This document shows positions 1 through 13,540 of a stretch of DNA of 64,000 bases, in pieces. Every line of letters begins with the position of its first letter. Position 1 is the first letter of the stretch. The notes beneath the pieces are model-generated. The model worked only from the letters and a program-made list of their open reading frames with translations, made no database searches and was not told where the DNA came from. The translations under genes were made by a program, and so were the position numbers. The stretch is from Octopus vulgaris (lineage: Eukaryota), in assembly GCA_951406725.2 (NCBI GenBank), contig OX597815.1, positions 127,968,001 through 128,032,000 on the forward strand, in the 5' to 3' direction.

Positions 1-70
1 TTCATAATATTGAGTGGAAATAGGGGGTGCAGCAGTTCCGCAGTGCCTATACATGAGTCGCCACTGACTG

Positions 71-259
71 TTAGGTTATTAGGTGTTGTTTCCAAATCAT
101 CTCAACAGACTGAATATTATTTAGTTACTAATGTTGGTATGAACCTGGACCAGAGGGTAATAGGTTGTATAAACCTGGCCCAGGTTTATACCAAAATTAG
201 CAATTAAATGATATTCAGTCTGTTGAGATGATTTAGAAACATAACATCTGATAACCTAA
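71..259. repeat. Imperfect inverted repeat (about 78-bp arms) directly upstream of a hammerhead motif
   Basis: ttaggttattaggtgttgtttccaaatcatctcaacagactgaatat...aacctgg (71-148) is the reverse complement of ccaggtttat...atattcagtctgttgagatgatttagaaacataacatctgataacctaa (180-259). Confidence 0.85.
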
Positions 260-275
260 TGTTATGTCTTTTCTA

Positions 276-357
276 CTCCTCTGATGAGATTTTGCCCAGT
301 ACATTGATTTAATTATTAGAATTTAATCTTTGGGCAAAACTGAAACAGCTGTAAGAG
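276..357 (+). ncRNA. Type I minimal hammerhead ribozyme with extended stem II
   Basis: CTGATGA (281-287), stem II TTTTGCCCA/TGGGCAAAA, GAAA (342-345), palindromic stem III CAGCTG, GUA cleavage triplet. Stem I is weak. Confidence 0.7.
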
Positions 358-384
358 AATATGTTGGATTTTTGCACTTAATAA

Positions 385-3300
385 ATTGTTCTTGTCCACC
401 TGGAGGTCTGGACTAAACCAGACCCCGAGCAATTTAACTGGTTCTTCCATCCAGCATTGTACAAAGCTGCTGGTTGGCATGGACCTGTCTCTCCAGGTGC
501 CAAGTTGCAGGCCTGCTGCCCTGTCCTGATTAATCTTTGCTCTTGTTACTGCTTCATACTCCCTTAAGGTAGTGCCCACCACCTTGATTTCCAAGCTGTC
601 CGACACTATTGCAGTGATGTCATCCGCTTAAGTCAACACAAACCTTCTGCATCCTAGACCATGTGGAATGCCCCTCCAAATATCCAACTTCCTTAGTAAT
701 AGCTTGAGAGTAGCATGTACAGAAGAGATAAAGGAGGGCATCCTTGATGGACTGAACGAGTAATGCTAAACAATTCCAATAGGTGGCCATTTACTTTGAC
801 AACCGAACAGATGTTACTGTACATTGCAGTGACCCACCCTCTGAAAACAAGACCAAAACCAGCTGCTGCAAGGATGGCCTCCAATTATTGGTGATCAACC
901 CTGTAAAAAGCTTTTGATTGATCCAAATTGATCAGTGCCTCACCGATGCCAAGTTCTTTACTTACCCTCTCTATGATGTAGCACATGAGGTGGGGGTTGT
1001 TCTGGATAGATCTGTTTGGGATAGTACATGTCTGCATGCTACTGACCAGCGTATCTCCGATAGGTGCAGACCTCTTGGCTAACATCTTGTCCAAAATCTT
1101 ATAATTTGTGTTCAGCAGAGTTATGGACTTAAAATTATCTATTTGTTCCCCCTTGTTCAGGTCATTTATCAGCAGCACCACCATACCATGGCTCACAGTA
1201 CTGGGTATTCTGCTGCTAGTTGCGGTAGACATTCACAAGTCTTGAATATAAAGATACAACTCGATGGGCAGACCACCCAGCCCCGGAGACTTCTTTCTTG
1301 TGCAGCTCATCATCGCATCTTGCACGTCTTCAGCTGTTATTGGCATTTTACAGAATTCCATATCCTTAGCCAAGAGGCACAGCATATTGTCAAAGTAGGG
1401 GGTGAAATCCACCTCCATTCCCAACACAGCACATGCTACATACAGTTCGGCAAAGTGCCACTGGAATTCCATTCATATCTGCTTGAATTTGTGTAGCATG
1501 TGCCCATCCCAGCCTATCAAAAACTGTACTGTAGATTTGTTGCCACATTGCTCCTCTTCTACCTGGAACAATCGAATGGCTTTTGTTCCTTCATATCTTA
1601 GCACACATGCCCTAGCTCTGACAACGCAACTATCGTGCTTGACATTGAAAAATTGATCAAGAGCCAATCTCACTACCAGTTGATACCTGTCGGCCAGTTG
1701 GAAGTGGCTGAGCAGGTTTGTGAGGCTTTTACACCTGCTTCTCTTCTAGGTTATCCCCACCATATCTTGGTGTGTATCCAAGATGGCATTCCAATTGCCC
1801 ACTAGCACTAAAATGCAAGAAAAACCTTCAGATCTCTGAAGAAATCCAGCTGCCCTGAAGAAATCCAGCTGAACACACACAGAGACTAGTCTAAAAGCAC
1901 CACCTTCCCTATTGCTCACATCCAGGACCACCAACTTACCATCTGGGTCCAGAAAGATCGTCTGAACCTCAAGATCCAGGCCTTTCTTAAATACTATTGC
2001 CACCCCACCTCCCATTCCAGGGTGACTAAGAGATGCGTAGATCTCAAAATTATTGAAAATAGAGGCTAGATCGTGTCTGTCGGAAATCCTGGTTTTGCTG
2101 ATGGCTGTCACGCCCAAAGCTAGTGACTTGAAGTCTTTAAAGAGGCAACCTTGCTTCCAGGGTAACCCCAAGTCATGAAAATTTACGCAACCCACTCTAA
2201 TCATCACCATGCCAGCCAGAACAAGCTGTGTGAAAGAAAAAGAGAGGAGTTACTTAACCTCCAAGTGCTGTTGGCAGCCAGATGGCCTGGCTTCTGGATC
2301 TGGTTGGAGGTTCTCTGGTAACCCCTTTAAAAGCCTTTTGGAGGCTGTTATATTGAGGGTTCTCACATTGTGGAGGAAGACCACCTGAATATTTTTGTAA
2401 GTTATTAATGGCACACGTGCTAACAAAAGCTCTTTCGGCACTTTAAGAGTGCTCATGTTATGTATTGCTCCCCCTCTCTCAATCTCTTTATTTTGAGTTA
2501 TGAGGGCCTTAAGATCTTTATTTGCTCTCTCTCCACTGGGGTGTGTGAATTTATCATTTCTTCAGAAAGCTTTCTTTTGCGGGTTAGGTAGGATTATGGT
2601 GCTGTTGGTTGTGCTGGTGGTAGCAGCTTTTTTGTGTTGACGGTTGTGGGGCTGGAGAGGTTATCTGTGTGCTTGTGTTCTTGTGGGTTTTTATGTGTTA
2701 GTGTGTGTTTTAGAAGGGAAGAAGGAGAGCTGGGTTGAAGAAAGCCCTGGTTGGTCCTCTCAGTTGAAGTTCTTGTCAGTTTTGGTGGTAACAGTGGTGG
2801 TGGTGCAGTATGGGGCTGTTGTTACTGATGCTACTGCTATTACTGCTGTTTCTGATACTGGCCCTTTTCCTGCTACTGGCAGTCTTTCCGCCTTAGACAG
2901 AGCCACCACTATGGTTCTGCCTTGAGACGCTGTTGTTGCTTCACTCTTCTTTACCCCTGTAGGTGATAATGTTGTTGTGGCAATGGCTGCGACATTGGTG
3001 GTGGGGCCCTCCTCTCGTTTTTGTTTTGTGGACAGAACACCCGTAAATGATGTCATGCCACAAACATGGCATCTTGAACATCTGCTTTCCACAATCACTC
3101 TCAACTCAGTTCCATTCAGCAAGGAGATCAGGTCAAGGATCCTCTGCAGCTGGAGCAGCACCTCCAGTATGATCCCTGTCCAGTTCTCCCTCCTTGATCT
3201 CTTAACCTCCAGGAGAGTGTCAATCTTATTTATTACCACACAAGCGAGTGCCCACCACAAATCTAGTTCTGGTGCCACCCTGGTATGGTAATATTTATCA

Positions 3301-3650
3301 CCTTTTTCTCATATACATGGGAAGAGCACAAATTCCTGTAGGGCCCTTTCTATATGAATGTTCATTGCTGTTTCAATTTAGTCGCTATTTTCTGGCTATA
3401 GTTGTCAATGATTCAAGTGGTGGAGATATCTCTGCCCTACTCCCATCAATTTTTCAAAATTTAGCCACATTTGCCAATTTAGAGGCTTTGTTCTCTAGAG
3501 AGAGGGCAAAGAGTTATTTTTAGGTTGAAAGAAATCTTATTGTTGCTGTTGGTAATGGAGTTGTAACCAGTTTCAGTGGTTACAGAATTTTTAATTGACC
3601 TCACAAAACTGTTGTCCATTGAGTAAATAATACTCTCCCCAAACCAGAAA
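385..3650 (-). mobile_element. Decayed Tx1/L1-clade LINE (ORF1 remnant, APE endonuclease and RT; 3' truncated)
   Basis: ORF pieces: APE-like CVNFHDL...LVGNWNAILD (1746-2210); RT pieces KSPGLGGLPIELY, ITLLNTNYKIL, LDQSKAFYRVDH, VHQGCPPLS; C-terminal LGVWFSPDLQ. Cys-rich RCSRCHVCG in the ORF1 region. Many stops and frameshifts. Confidence 0.85.
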
Positions 3651-4399
3651 TGATAACCTATTAGACCTCTATTTCACCAACAATGTAGATCTTATCCAAC
3701 AATTTTCTCAGACTACAACATGGTAGAACTGACGATACATGGTCCATAACCAATTAATGAAGTATCCCATGCAGACAGCACCCAAAGTCTGTCTAGACTG
3801 AACTTCCACAAGGCTGACTAGAAGTCAACTGAAAAATTAATTGTTCAGCAAAATTGCCCCAAAAGTCTCTCTATGCAAAATACTGATATCAAACTTCAAG
3901 AATTCATGTCAATAATGTGAGCCATATGCATTAAACTTGTCCTAAAGAAGAGAGCAGTCACATACAAAAACATCATTCTTCAAGACAGAAGAGTCCTTAT
4001 GAAACTTACCATCTCAGCAGAAAGCCATAGAATGAGGAAATAGATATCCCTGGATCAATTGATTTCAAACTTTGTGAGTTTATCTCCCTTAATTCTCAAA
4101 AGTTGGTCTCCCTATATACTTAGGGTTAAAAACTTTGCTCGATTGATGGTTTTCTAAGAGGATTTTTCAACTCTGATTTTCACAATAATGTGTGCCCTAT
4201 TATAATTATAAATTAAATATAAAATTTTGGATTTGGTTGTTGGTCACCCATATTCTTGTTATTATTCATTTTACTAATGTTGATGATTAATAATAATATC
4301 TATATAAATATTCTTAAATATTTAATCATTTAGTGTATGTATATATATATATATTCATACATACACACATGTACGTGCACAGCACACACATACATACAT

Positions 4400-5710
4400 A
4401 GCTTTTATCTTTTAATTGTTTCAATCATTAGACTGTGACCATGTTAGGGCACCACCTTAAAGAACTTTAATCAAATGAATCAACCCCCAGTACTTATTTT
4501 CTTTTTTTAAGCCTGGTACTTATTCTACCAGTCTTTTCTGCCAAACGCTACATTATGGGTACATAAACACAAATACATCAGTTGTCGAGCAGTGAGGGAG
4601 GACAAACACAGGCACAAAAGATGCACACACACATACACATGCACAAACACACACACAAACAAATATATATAAATATATAGACACAGGTGTGGGGCTGTAT
4701 ACATGATCATGACAGGATTCTTTCAGTTTCCAATTACTAATTCCACTTACATGGCTTTGACCAACCCAAACTATAGTAGAAAACACTTGCCCATTATGTC
4801 AGGCAGTGGGACTGAACCCAGAACTACGTGACTGGGATGCAAACTTCTTAGAATACAATCACATACATATATATTCTTTTATTCTTTTACTTGTTTCAGA
4901 AATTTGACTGTAGCCTGTTGGAGCACCACCTTAAAGGGTTTTAGTCAAAGTAATCAATCCCAGGACTTATTCTTCGTAAGCCTAGTACTTATTTGCCAAA
5001 CTGCTAGTTTAAGGGGACATAAACACACCAACATCAGTTGTGAAGCGATGGTGGTGGTGGAAATACAGACACATATATGCATAAATATATACACACACAA
5101 CAGGCTTCTTTCAGTTTCTGTCTTCCAAATCCACTCACAAGGCTTTAGCCGACCCAAGGCTATAGTAGAAGACATTTGTCCAAGGTGCTACGCAGTGAGA
5201 CTGAGCCCAGAACCATGTGGTTGGGAAGCAAGCTTCTTACCACACATCCACACACACACATACATGTATATATATATATCACCATCGTCATTTCAACATC
5301 CACATTTCTATGCTTGCATGGGTCAAACAGAATTTGTTGAGGCAATTTTTTTTACAAAAGGATGTCTTTCCTGTCACCAACCCTTACATGTTTCTAAGCA
5401 AGTTAATATTTCCAATGATTAGACATGTTTTTTGAAAGTCTTGAAACGGACAACATCACTTGTATGATGGCAATGCACACTTACAATCCTTATGTGATGT
5501 CAGGACAAAGATATACACACACTCATGCATCTATGCATGCACACACACACACACACACACACACATACTTACAATGGGCTCTTATCAGTTTCCATCCACC
5601 ACATTGACTCATAAGGCTTTAGTAGGCCCAGAGCTATAGCAGAAAACACTTACTCAAAGTGCTGCACAGTGGGACTGAACCCAAGAATACATGGTTGGGA
5701 AGCAATCTTC
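4400..5710 (-). mobile_element. Cluster of tRNA-head SINE copies and fragments
   Basis: Recurrent gactgaaccca.aaccatgtggttgg and ctatagtagaagacacttg motifs, shared with 9085-9205, 23825-23960, 36945-37475, 57235-57595, 63190-63310 and 63880-64000. Confidence 0.75.
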
Positions 5711-5859
5711 CTGTGATCTCTAGAAATGGTGTACTCAGTTTACACCAGAATACAATATGGAATTTCTACCTACACCTTTCCTATATATTGAGTAGGGCCA
5801 TTTTCCTTATTTGTTTTCTTGCCAATTAGAACTTTGGTCTTTGCTAAGTTAACTTTAAA

Positions 5860-6560
5860 ACCTGCAATTCCAGGTTTTGCTTCTACACCTAGAATTTCTT
5901 CCTTAATCCTACTACAGATTCTGTTATACGAATGAGATCATCAGCATATAGTAATTCCCAAGGGCAACCATTCCTTAATTTTTCTATTATGACCTAGAGA
6001 ACAATGTTGGATAGGAGGGGGCTGAGAACCAAATTCTGGTGAACCCTGACCTGCATTAAATTCATTGTTGCACTCGTTGCTAACTTTCACCTTACAGACA
6101 ACACTTCTGTACATAGCTTGTATGGCTTTCAAAAGTTATTTATCTATCCCTAACTTCCTCAGGGACCACCAGATCACAGAGCAAGGACCCTGATGAAGGC
6201 ACTTTCCAAGTCAACAAAGGCAAAGCACAATAATTTACTTTGATGTAAATACTTCTCTTGTTATTATCATATTGGAAAGAGAACATCAGTGGTACTTCCC
6301 ACTGGCATAAAAATCTTTCCTTAACTTTCATGACATTGTCCAGCAATTTGATACCACTGCAATTACTTCTATCTAAGGTGCCTCCTCTATGCTTGTAATA
6401 TCATTGGGTAAAATACCTTCCTGTAAACCTTGGTTAACTATATGGGTGACTAGGCTGTATCTTGCTCTGCCATGCATTTTAAGAATCTCAGCCTTTCCTT
6501 CCTTCATTGCTTAATCTATCATACTATTGTTGCATACGATAACTAGTTCCTCTATTGAAC
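5860..6560 (-). mobile_element. RTE-type LINE RT remnant
   Basis: Minus strand encodes YADD (5940-5952), QGS and SGIKLLDNVMKV fragments; similar to 55050-56640. Confidence 0.7.
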
Positions 6561-6862
6561 TTGTGTTGAGAAATCACTTTCTCCAACCATAGTCTACATT
6601 GCATTTATATGTATGTGTGTGAGTGTCGGTGTGCATGCATCCACATGTGTGTTTGTGTCTGTATGTATATATGAATGTGTGTTTGTATGTATAAATGAAT
6701 ATGCATGTGCATAAATGTAGGAGTGGGTGAATATATTTAAGTAGAAGTAGAAGTATGTGTATATTTTCGAAAAAAATGATGCCTTTCATCTTGCTATCTT
6801 CTTCTCTTTTCTTCCCCATGCAATAACCATTCCTTCAGTGCTCTGCTTGTTATAACCAGAAC

Positions 6863-6951
6863 TGGCTTTGATGAAAGTAACATCAATAGACCAACTGAGT
6901 AAACCAATCAGTATTGTATATATAACAACAACTAGAAACAGCTGTAAGCCA
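6863..6951 (+). ncRNA. Degenerate hammerhead ribozyme (C3U core)
   Basis: Stem I TGGCT/AGCCA, core TTGATGA (6868-6874), GAAA CAGCTG TA (6935-6946), long stem II insert. Confidence 0.6.
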
Positions 6952-7699
6952 AATTTGCTCCAATAAAGAAAAAATATGTAATGACCATTATTTTTAACTT
7001 CTTTCTTATATATCATTCTGTGTAAAAATCAGTTTGTCTGGAGACCACCCACGGATTTACAATACAGAATTGTGATGAACCATAACCTTGGACCCTGCCA
7101 CAAGATTACCTAGAGTTCTTCATTAATCTAAATATTTTTAGCCTGAGGTGCAGAGAGCTTTTGAAATATTTTTTCCCAGATTGATAATCCCTCACTGTGT
7201 GTACATGTCAAAACAAATACATATGAATAAATTATGCCAAGCTACATAGACAACAAATACATAAATGTTAAATGTTTTAATTACCTACTTGGGGTCAAAT
7301 AAAAGTATATATTAAAAAAACAAATCATTCTAAGCGCTAACATCAGCTATCTTAGATCTACATCTATCAATTAATCTGTTTGGATGGCAACAGAACACTC
7401 TTACCATGTTTTCTATTGTGATAAGAACCATCTGTCCTTACTGTTTAGGTATTTAAATAAAGTCTTTGACCTATTTCACTACAAAAATTAAATTCTGTAA
7501 ATAGCATGTAGCTTTCAAATTGCTATAACAACCCTTCATCTTATTTTTTGGAATTGCAATACAATTTCCAATGATTATACAATGTACTCAGATTGCAAGG
7601 TTATAGGTTATTCCTTGATAATGAAAATGTAAATTTTCATTCAACACATGTAAGAATGTATTGAATAAAAGTAAAATACTTTCTCCATTCGTGTCATAT

Positions 7700-8640
7700 A
7701 TATCATCATTATCATCATTTAACGTCCATTGTCCATGCTGGCATGGGTTGGATGGTTTGACCAGGGCTGGCAATCTGGAAGGCTGCACCAGACTCCAGTC
7801 TGTTTTGGCATGATTTCTACAGCTGGATGCCTGTCCTAACACCAACCACTCCAAGAGTGTAATGGGTGCTTTTACATGCCACCAGTACGGGTGCAATTTG
7901 CATGGCACCAGTATCTGCCATGACAGCAGTTTTATTTGGCTTGATGGGTCTTCTTCTCAAGCACAACATGATGCCAAATGGACTTGGTCATTGTCACGTG
8001 ACGCTCAATGCTTGAAGCCCAAAATAATGCCAAATGGTCCCGGTCCTTGCCTCAGTGAGACCTAATGTTTGAAAGGTGCTTTTACATGCCACAACTGTGA
8101 TTTTACTTGGCTTGATGGGTCTTCTACTCAAGCACAACATAATGCCAAAGGTCTCAGCCATTGCCTCTGTGAGGCACCTCATCCCGTGTCTCCCTGAGTT
8201 TACCTCTATCACAGATTCCCTCCATAGTTAGAGATCAGCACAGCTGTCTTCGTCTATATGCATCACATGACCATACCAGCACATTCGTCACTCTTGCACA
8301 CCACACTTGATGCTTCTTATGCTTAACTTTTCTCTCAAGATGCTTACACTCTGTCAAACATGCACACTGACATTGCACATCCAGTGAAGTATATTGGCTT
8401 CATTTCTTTCAAGCTTATGCTCTCCTCGGCTGTCACAACCCATGTTTCACTGCCATGTAGCATAGCTGTTCACACACAGGTATCATACAATCTGCCTTTC
8501 ACTCTGAGAGAGAGGCTCTTTGTTGCCAGCAGAGGCAGGAGCTCACTAAACTTTGCCCAACCTAACCTTATTCTGACAGCTGTGCTCTCGAAGCATCTAC
8601 CTCTGCTACTAACTTGATCACTTAGGTAATCGAAGTTATC
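7700..8640 (-). mobile_element. RTE LINE 3' end with 3' UTR and (ATG)n tail
   Basis: ORF 8470-8676 RIRLGWAKFSELLPLLATKSLSLRVKGRLYDTCV; the UTR matches 22400-22700, 26330-26735, 50617-50885 and 60765-61355. Confidence 0.8.
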
Positions 8641-9682
8641 TACTACATATATATATACATATATATATATACACATACAGAGAGAGGTGGGGAGAAACTA
8701 GTGAGGGATTATCAATCCGGGCTAAATACTTTCATAAGCTCTCTGTAGGCACAACAGGCTAACAAAATTAATTAGATTAGTGAAGCACTCCCAGTAATCT
8801 TTTGGTAGGGTTCCAAGTTATGGTTTATCACAATTACACACAAAAACACACACACACATATATATGCAACAAAACCTCCCAAAACTAGGAACCCAAGAAA
8901 AAAGTAATACCTTAACCATAATTAGAATCTCTGTGTGGGACAATATCATGCAGTATCAATGTATGATATGATATGAAAAATAAAACCAATAAAACCATAA
9001 GAAACCAAGAATCCCAAAACAAGTTCAACGCTATGAGAATGAAGGGTAAACAAACAGACAGACACATATATACACATAAACATCGTGTGGTTTCGGGTTC
9101 AGTCCCACTGCATAGTACCTTGCGCAAGTGTCTTCTGCTATAGTTTCATATCAACCAAAGCTTTGTCATTGAATTTAGTAGATAAAAACTGAAAGAAAAC
9201 CATCATATGTATATATTCATATAAATATATACACACATATATATATATATGTATGTATATATATATGTATGTATGTATATATATGATGGGTTTCTTTCAT
9301 ATATATATATATATATTAAAAATAATATGTTTACTATGGACTTCCTGTAACGCATGCACAATCATACACAGTAACCAACCTGGCTTAGCTGAAGCATACC
9401 TACATATATGTGCCCCAACAAAATTCTTTCCTCATAACTTTCAGATACATGGATATTTATTAATGAATTTTTTTTAGAAATATGCTTCAGATGACGGAGA
9501 TATGGTGTAGATTCAGATTATATTAGGATTTGTTGTGATAATAAATTTTAAGAAGAAAAAAAGCGATATCATTATGTAAGTGTGCTATCCCACTATTTGT
9601 TGTTTGTGTATTAAATTCTGATATATTCATAATCTACATTCTCCAAAAGGTATTTTTCAAAATCTTCATTTAAAAATACCTA

Positions 9683-10903
9683 TGTAACAGGATGAGAGAT
9701 TCCTGCACTGGATGGGTGCTGCTTGCATCCTTTACATTAAATATTAATTGAAGAAAGAGTCAAGATTTTCCGTCAACTTTAACAGTATAAATATTTATTC
9801 TTTGATTTGCAATATAAACATTTCCTTCCTCTGGGCGAACCGGCAACCTAGGAGCTTATCGGCAGTAGTCTAGTGGAGTGAGTCAATCCTGCCTGTTCAA
9901 GCATAGTGGGGATGTGCCATGAGGTAGCAGCTCTCTCGAGCTGCTGGAGACACGTCTGTATCATTCAGCTGCTAGCGTCAAAAGATAGAGATACCAGAGA
10001 ATTTCACTGCTGCTAGTCTTCTGCGCATGTGCATGAGGGAATTTCCGGCAAGCCTTCCAGAAGATTCCAACCCTGTGCATGCGTGCTGGAGATTTCCAAG
10101 ATAGCATCACTACAAGGGTCCCCCTCGAGTGTGGAAGCACGAAACAGAAGATTGTAGTGGCTCCAGAAAACAAGATGGCTACCGATCACCCAAAAGATGT
10201 GGCACACAATATGACAACTCAAATAAATATTAATGCAAAAAGAAATAAATATGCACAAAAGTTGTTTATTTTTTTTTATAAAATGTCCAAGACTAAAACA
10301 TGAAACGGACCAGGAGAGAAAAGAGAATGTCAAATGTAAATTGTTTTTGAAAATTTCTTGGGCCAGTGAACAGTTCTGTCTGATCTGGTAACATAAGGTT
10401 TGCTCGAGGTGCTTTTCGAAGACGGAGGTGGCGTTGTGGGCATTAGTAGAGGCAAAGGTGCCTGTGTAGGTGAATGTGTTGGGGTCACCAATTGTAACAG
10501 GATGAGAGATTCCTGCACTGGATGGGTGCTGCTCACATCCTTTACATTAAATATTAATTGAAGAAAGAGTCAAGATTTTCCGTCAACTTCAACAGTATAA
10601 ATATTTATTCTTTGATTCACAATATAAACATTTCCTTCCTAGGAACTTATTGGCAGTAGTCTAGTGGAATGAGTCAATCCTGCCCATTCAAGCATAGTGG
10701 GGATGCGCCACGAGGTAGCAGCTCGAGAGAGCTGCTGGAGACATGTCTGTATCATTCAGCTCCTAGCGTCAAAAGAGAGATACCAGAGAATTTCACTGCT
10801 GCTAGTTTTCTGCACATGCGCATGAGGGAACTTCCGGCAGGCCTTCAGGAAGATTCTACCCCTGCGCATGCATACTGGAGATTTCCAAGATGGCGTCACT
10901 ACA
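9683..10903 (-). mobile_element. Non-autonomous LTR retroelement (TRIM-like, Gypsy-type)
   Basis: Direct repeats 9683-10114 and 10493-10903 with TGT...ACA ends; 4-bp TSD CCTA; PBS TGGTGACCCC (reverse complement of 10481-10490); purine tract GAGGGGGA next to the other LTR; internal region about 380 bp. Confidence 0.88.
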
Positions 10904-11219
10904 CCTACTTTTCAGAAAGTAATGAGGAAACAAAGCCAACCTGAGTGAATTTTCTGAATCGCTCCACCTCCCAACACACTTTTTTTCCCAACAAATTCAG
11001 ATATAATCAGAATCTATACCATCTGGAGCATATTAGTAGAAAATTGTATCGAAAAATATCCATTTATTTGGAAGTTATGACGAAACACATTCTTGTGGGG
11101 GGGGGTTATTTGTTTATTCATGCCTATTGCTTAACAATGATTCCCAAACATTTTTTGAGCTGCCGCCTCCTTGACATCCATGCCACATTCCTAGCAACCC
11201 CAATTAACTAACCATCACA

Positions 11220-11447
11220 AACATAGACCTCTTTCTGAAGCAAATTCAAAGCAACTGTATTTCACAAATCAAACTTAACCTAATGAACCCATTATTTTAC
11301 TGTTTTTACATAAATCTATACCCCATTATCGCCCCACTTTTTACATGAATCGCTGCCCCATTATCGCCCCACTTTTCTTCAATGCCCCCTTGGAACTTTC
11401 CACCCCCCACCCCCCGGGTGGATACCACCCACTTTGGGAACCACTGC
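11220..11447. mobile_element. hAT (Charlie-like) terminal fragment
   Basis: Ends ...cccactttgggaaccactg, the reverse complement of a CAGTGGTTCCCAA-type TIR. Confidence 0.55.
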
Positions 11448-11483
11448 TTTAACATAGGTAATATTAATATTACATTGCTATAT

Positions 11484-11700
11484 AAGGTGGTGAACTGGCA
11501 GAATCGGTAGCACGGCAGGCAAAATGTTTAGTGGCATTTCATATGTCTTCACGCTCTAAGTTCAAATTCTACCGAGGTCGACTTTGCCTTTCATCCTTTT
11601 AGAGTCAATAAAATAAGTACTAGTTGAGTACTGGAGTTGATGTAATCGACTAACCCTCTCACGGAAATTTCTGGCCTTGGGTCAAAATTTGAAAACAAAA
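11484..11700 (+). mobile_element. Meta-domain-like SINE
   Basis: tRNA-like head (gttcaaattc B-box) followed by gactttgcctttcatcctttt.gagtcaataaaataagtac; related copies at 15540-15640, 24270-24430, 29380-29480 and 62110-62600. Confidence 0.65.
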
Positions 11701-12036
11701 TTACATTGTTATTAAATGTCTACAAATCAGCTTGCTTTGCTTGACTTTCATTTTGTATTTAACGATCTCTATTAGCGGTTCAGCAAAAATGACTGATAGA
11801 ATAAGTACCAAGCTTAAGGAATAAACTGTGGAGTTGATTTGTTTCACTAAAACCCTTCAAGGCTTAGCTCCAACATGGCACGTGTGTGCGTGTGTGTTTA
11901 CCCACCACCACTGCTTGGCAATTGGTGTTGGTTAGTTTACATATATACATATATATATATTAAGACATACATATTCATACACACACACATGCATACATAT
12001 GCACACTAACTGCAGTACCTAGCCTAGACAGCTTTA

Positions 12037-12582
12037 GGATCTTTTCGGTTTGAACGGCAGTTTTTTCTAGCGGTGTCATATGAAATTGTCACCCACAATT
12101 ATGACCCAAGAATCGATCTATTGCAGTTCAATCTCTTTTAGGGTTAGGGTTGGGGGAAGGGTATCTTTTTTTCGGATCTTTTCCTTTTGAACGGCAGTTT
12201 TTAACATAATTTCTAGGTAACTAAAAAATTTTTAACTTCGTATACTGGTAGAATGTGTTTATAAAACATCTTTTTCTCTTGGCTTTATTGAGAAAATTCT
12301 ATAGTTTGTAAGACATGTGTTGTTTTTTTCTTCAATTTCTGCAATTTCAACCAATCAATGACGTCTATTGAGGTGAAAACATTCTGTGCTGCATGAATAT
12401 GTCCCTCGTTTAAGAAACAGATTGGGTTTATTTATATTTCTGAAGAAAAAAAGATACCCTTCCCCCCACCCCTAACCCTAAAACAGATTGAAACGCAATA
12501 GATCGATACTAGGGTCATAATTATGGGTGACAATTTCATATGACACCGCTAGAAAAAACCGCCAGTCAAACCGAAAACATAC
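12037..12582. mobile_element. MITE with about 135-bp TIRs (GGATC terminus, TTAGGG units in the TIR), Merlin-like
   Basis: 12037-12172 is the reverse complement of 12447-12582; the interior shares aacttc.tatactggtaga with 49272-50616. Confidence 0.8.
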
Positions 12583-12906
12583 ACAATTTTTTTTTTGTCA
12601 AAAGTTTCTTGTGTTTAAAATTTAAAATGTTTTAAATGTTGGAGATTATGAGTCTGCAAGAAATTTGTGCAAATTCAATTTTATTTGACACTTCTTTCTC
12701 CATTTAACTCTTATTCTAGTCTTCTTACCTTAAACTTTAATCATAACCTAACCCCAGTCTATAAACCCTAGTTTATTTTGTGCAAAGTTGAAATTTCCAA
12801 TTTTTGAAATATAGAAACATGAAGAAAATTTCTAGAAAATGAAAATAGGAAAAGTGAAAGAACCGCTTATTGCACAACTCAATGAAAACATGGCGTTCCT
12901 ACACAA

Positions 12907-13540
12907 GTGCCTCCTTCAACATTGTTTCCTAATAATTTCCAGAAAAGTGGATATAATTTTTTTATGAATTTCTTTTACAAAAATGCTTGTTGTGAAAACA
13001 ATTTTTTATGGAGGAGAGAGAAGTTTCGGAAAACTCACACTTGTCTCATAACTTTCAGAAAAATGGATATTTTTTTAATGAAATTTTCTACAGATATCTT
13101 TTAGATGGCATCGATTATTGGAATTTAATATGAAAGAAAATGGTGGGCTCGGAAATATACATACTGACACACGACATCTATAAAATGAAACTTGAAATTT
13201 CGTAAAAAAAAAGCGTGATGTATGTCAGTATGTTTGTATATGTGCTCAACAATTATATTTTTCACATTAAATTCCGATATAATAGTAATCTACACTATTT
13301 GAAAGGTATTTGTAAAAACAAAAATCATAGAAAAATATCCATTTTTCTGAAAGTTATTAAGAAACAAAATTCGTGTGAGTTTTCCGAAACTCCGTTCCCC
13401 TCTTTTGCAAAAAAATTTCTTCACAACAAATTCCGATGTAGCAGGAATCTACATCATCCGAAGCATACTTGGAGAAAATTTCATTATTAAAAATATGCAT
13501 TTTTCTGGAAGTTATAAGGAAATGATGTTGGTAGAGGCAT
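12907..13540. mobile_element. Fold-back DNA element with internally repeated arms
   Basis: Termini tgcctccttcaacattgtttcct / aggaaatgatgttggtagaggca; inverted blocks cataactttcagaaaaatggatat / atatccatttttctgaaagttat. The same family flanks the LTR element (9420-9560 and 10905-11090). Confidence 0.7.

Noticed and set aside
6786-7016. 76-aa minus-strand ORF with a TM-like segment after an acceptor-like site
   Set aside because: It overlaps a plus-strand hammerhead relic, so it is probably pLTR-derived; there is no good donor.
9960-9970. CTGAATGA in the LTR (retrozyme hypothesis)
   Set aside because: There is no suitably placed GAAA or stem II, so the LTR element is not called a retrozyme.
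11484-11575. tRNA genes
   Set aside because: The A/B-box-like heads belong to SINEs; no full cloverleaf was seen anywhere in the window.
12138-12152. TTAGGG repeats as an interstitial telomere
   Set aside because: Only about two units, and they are part of a MITE TIR.
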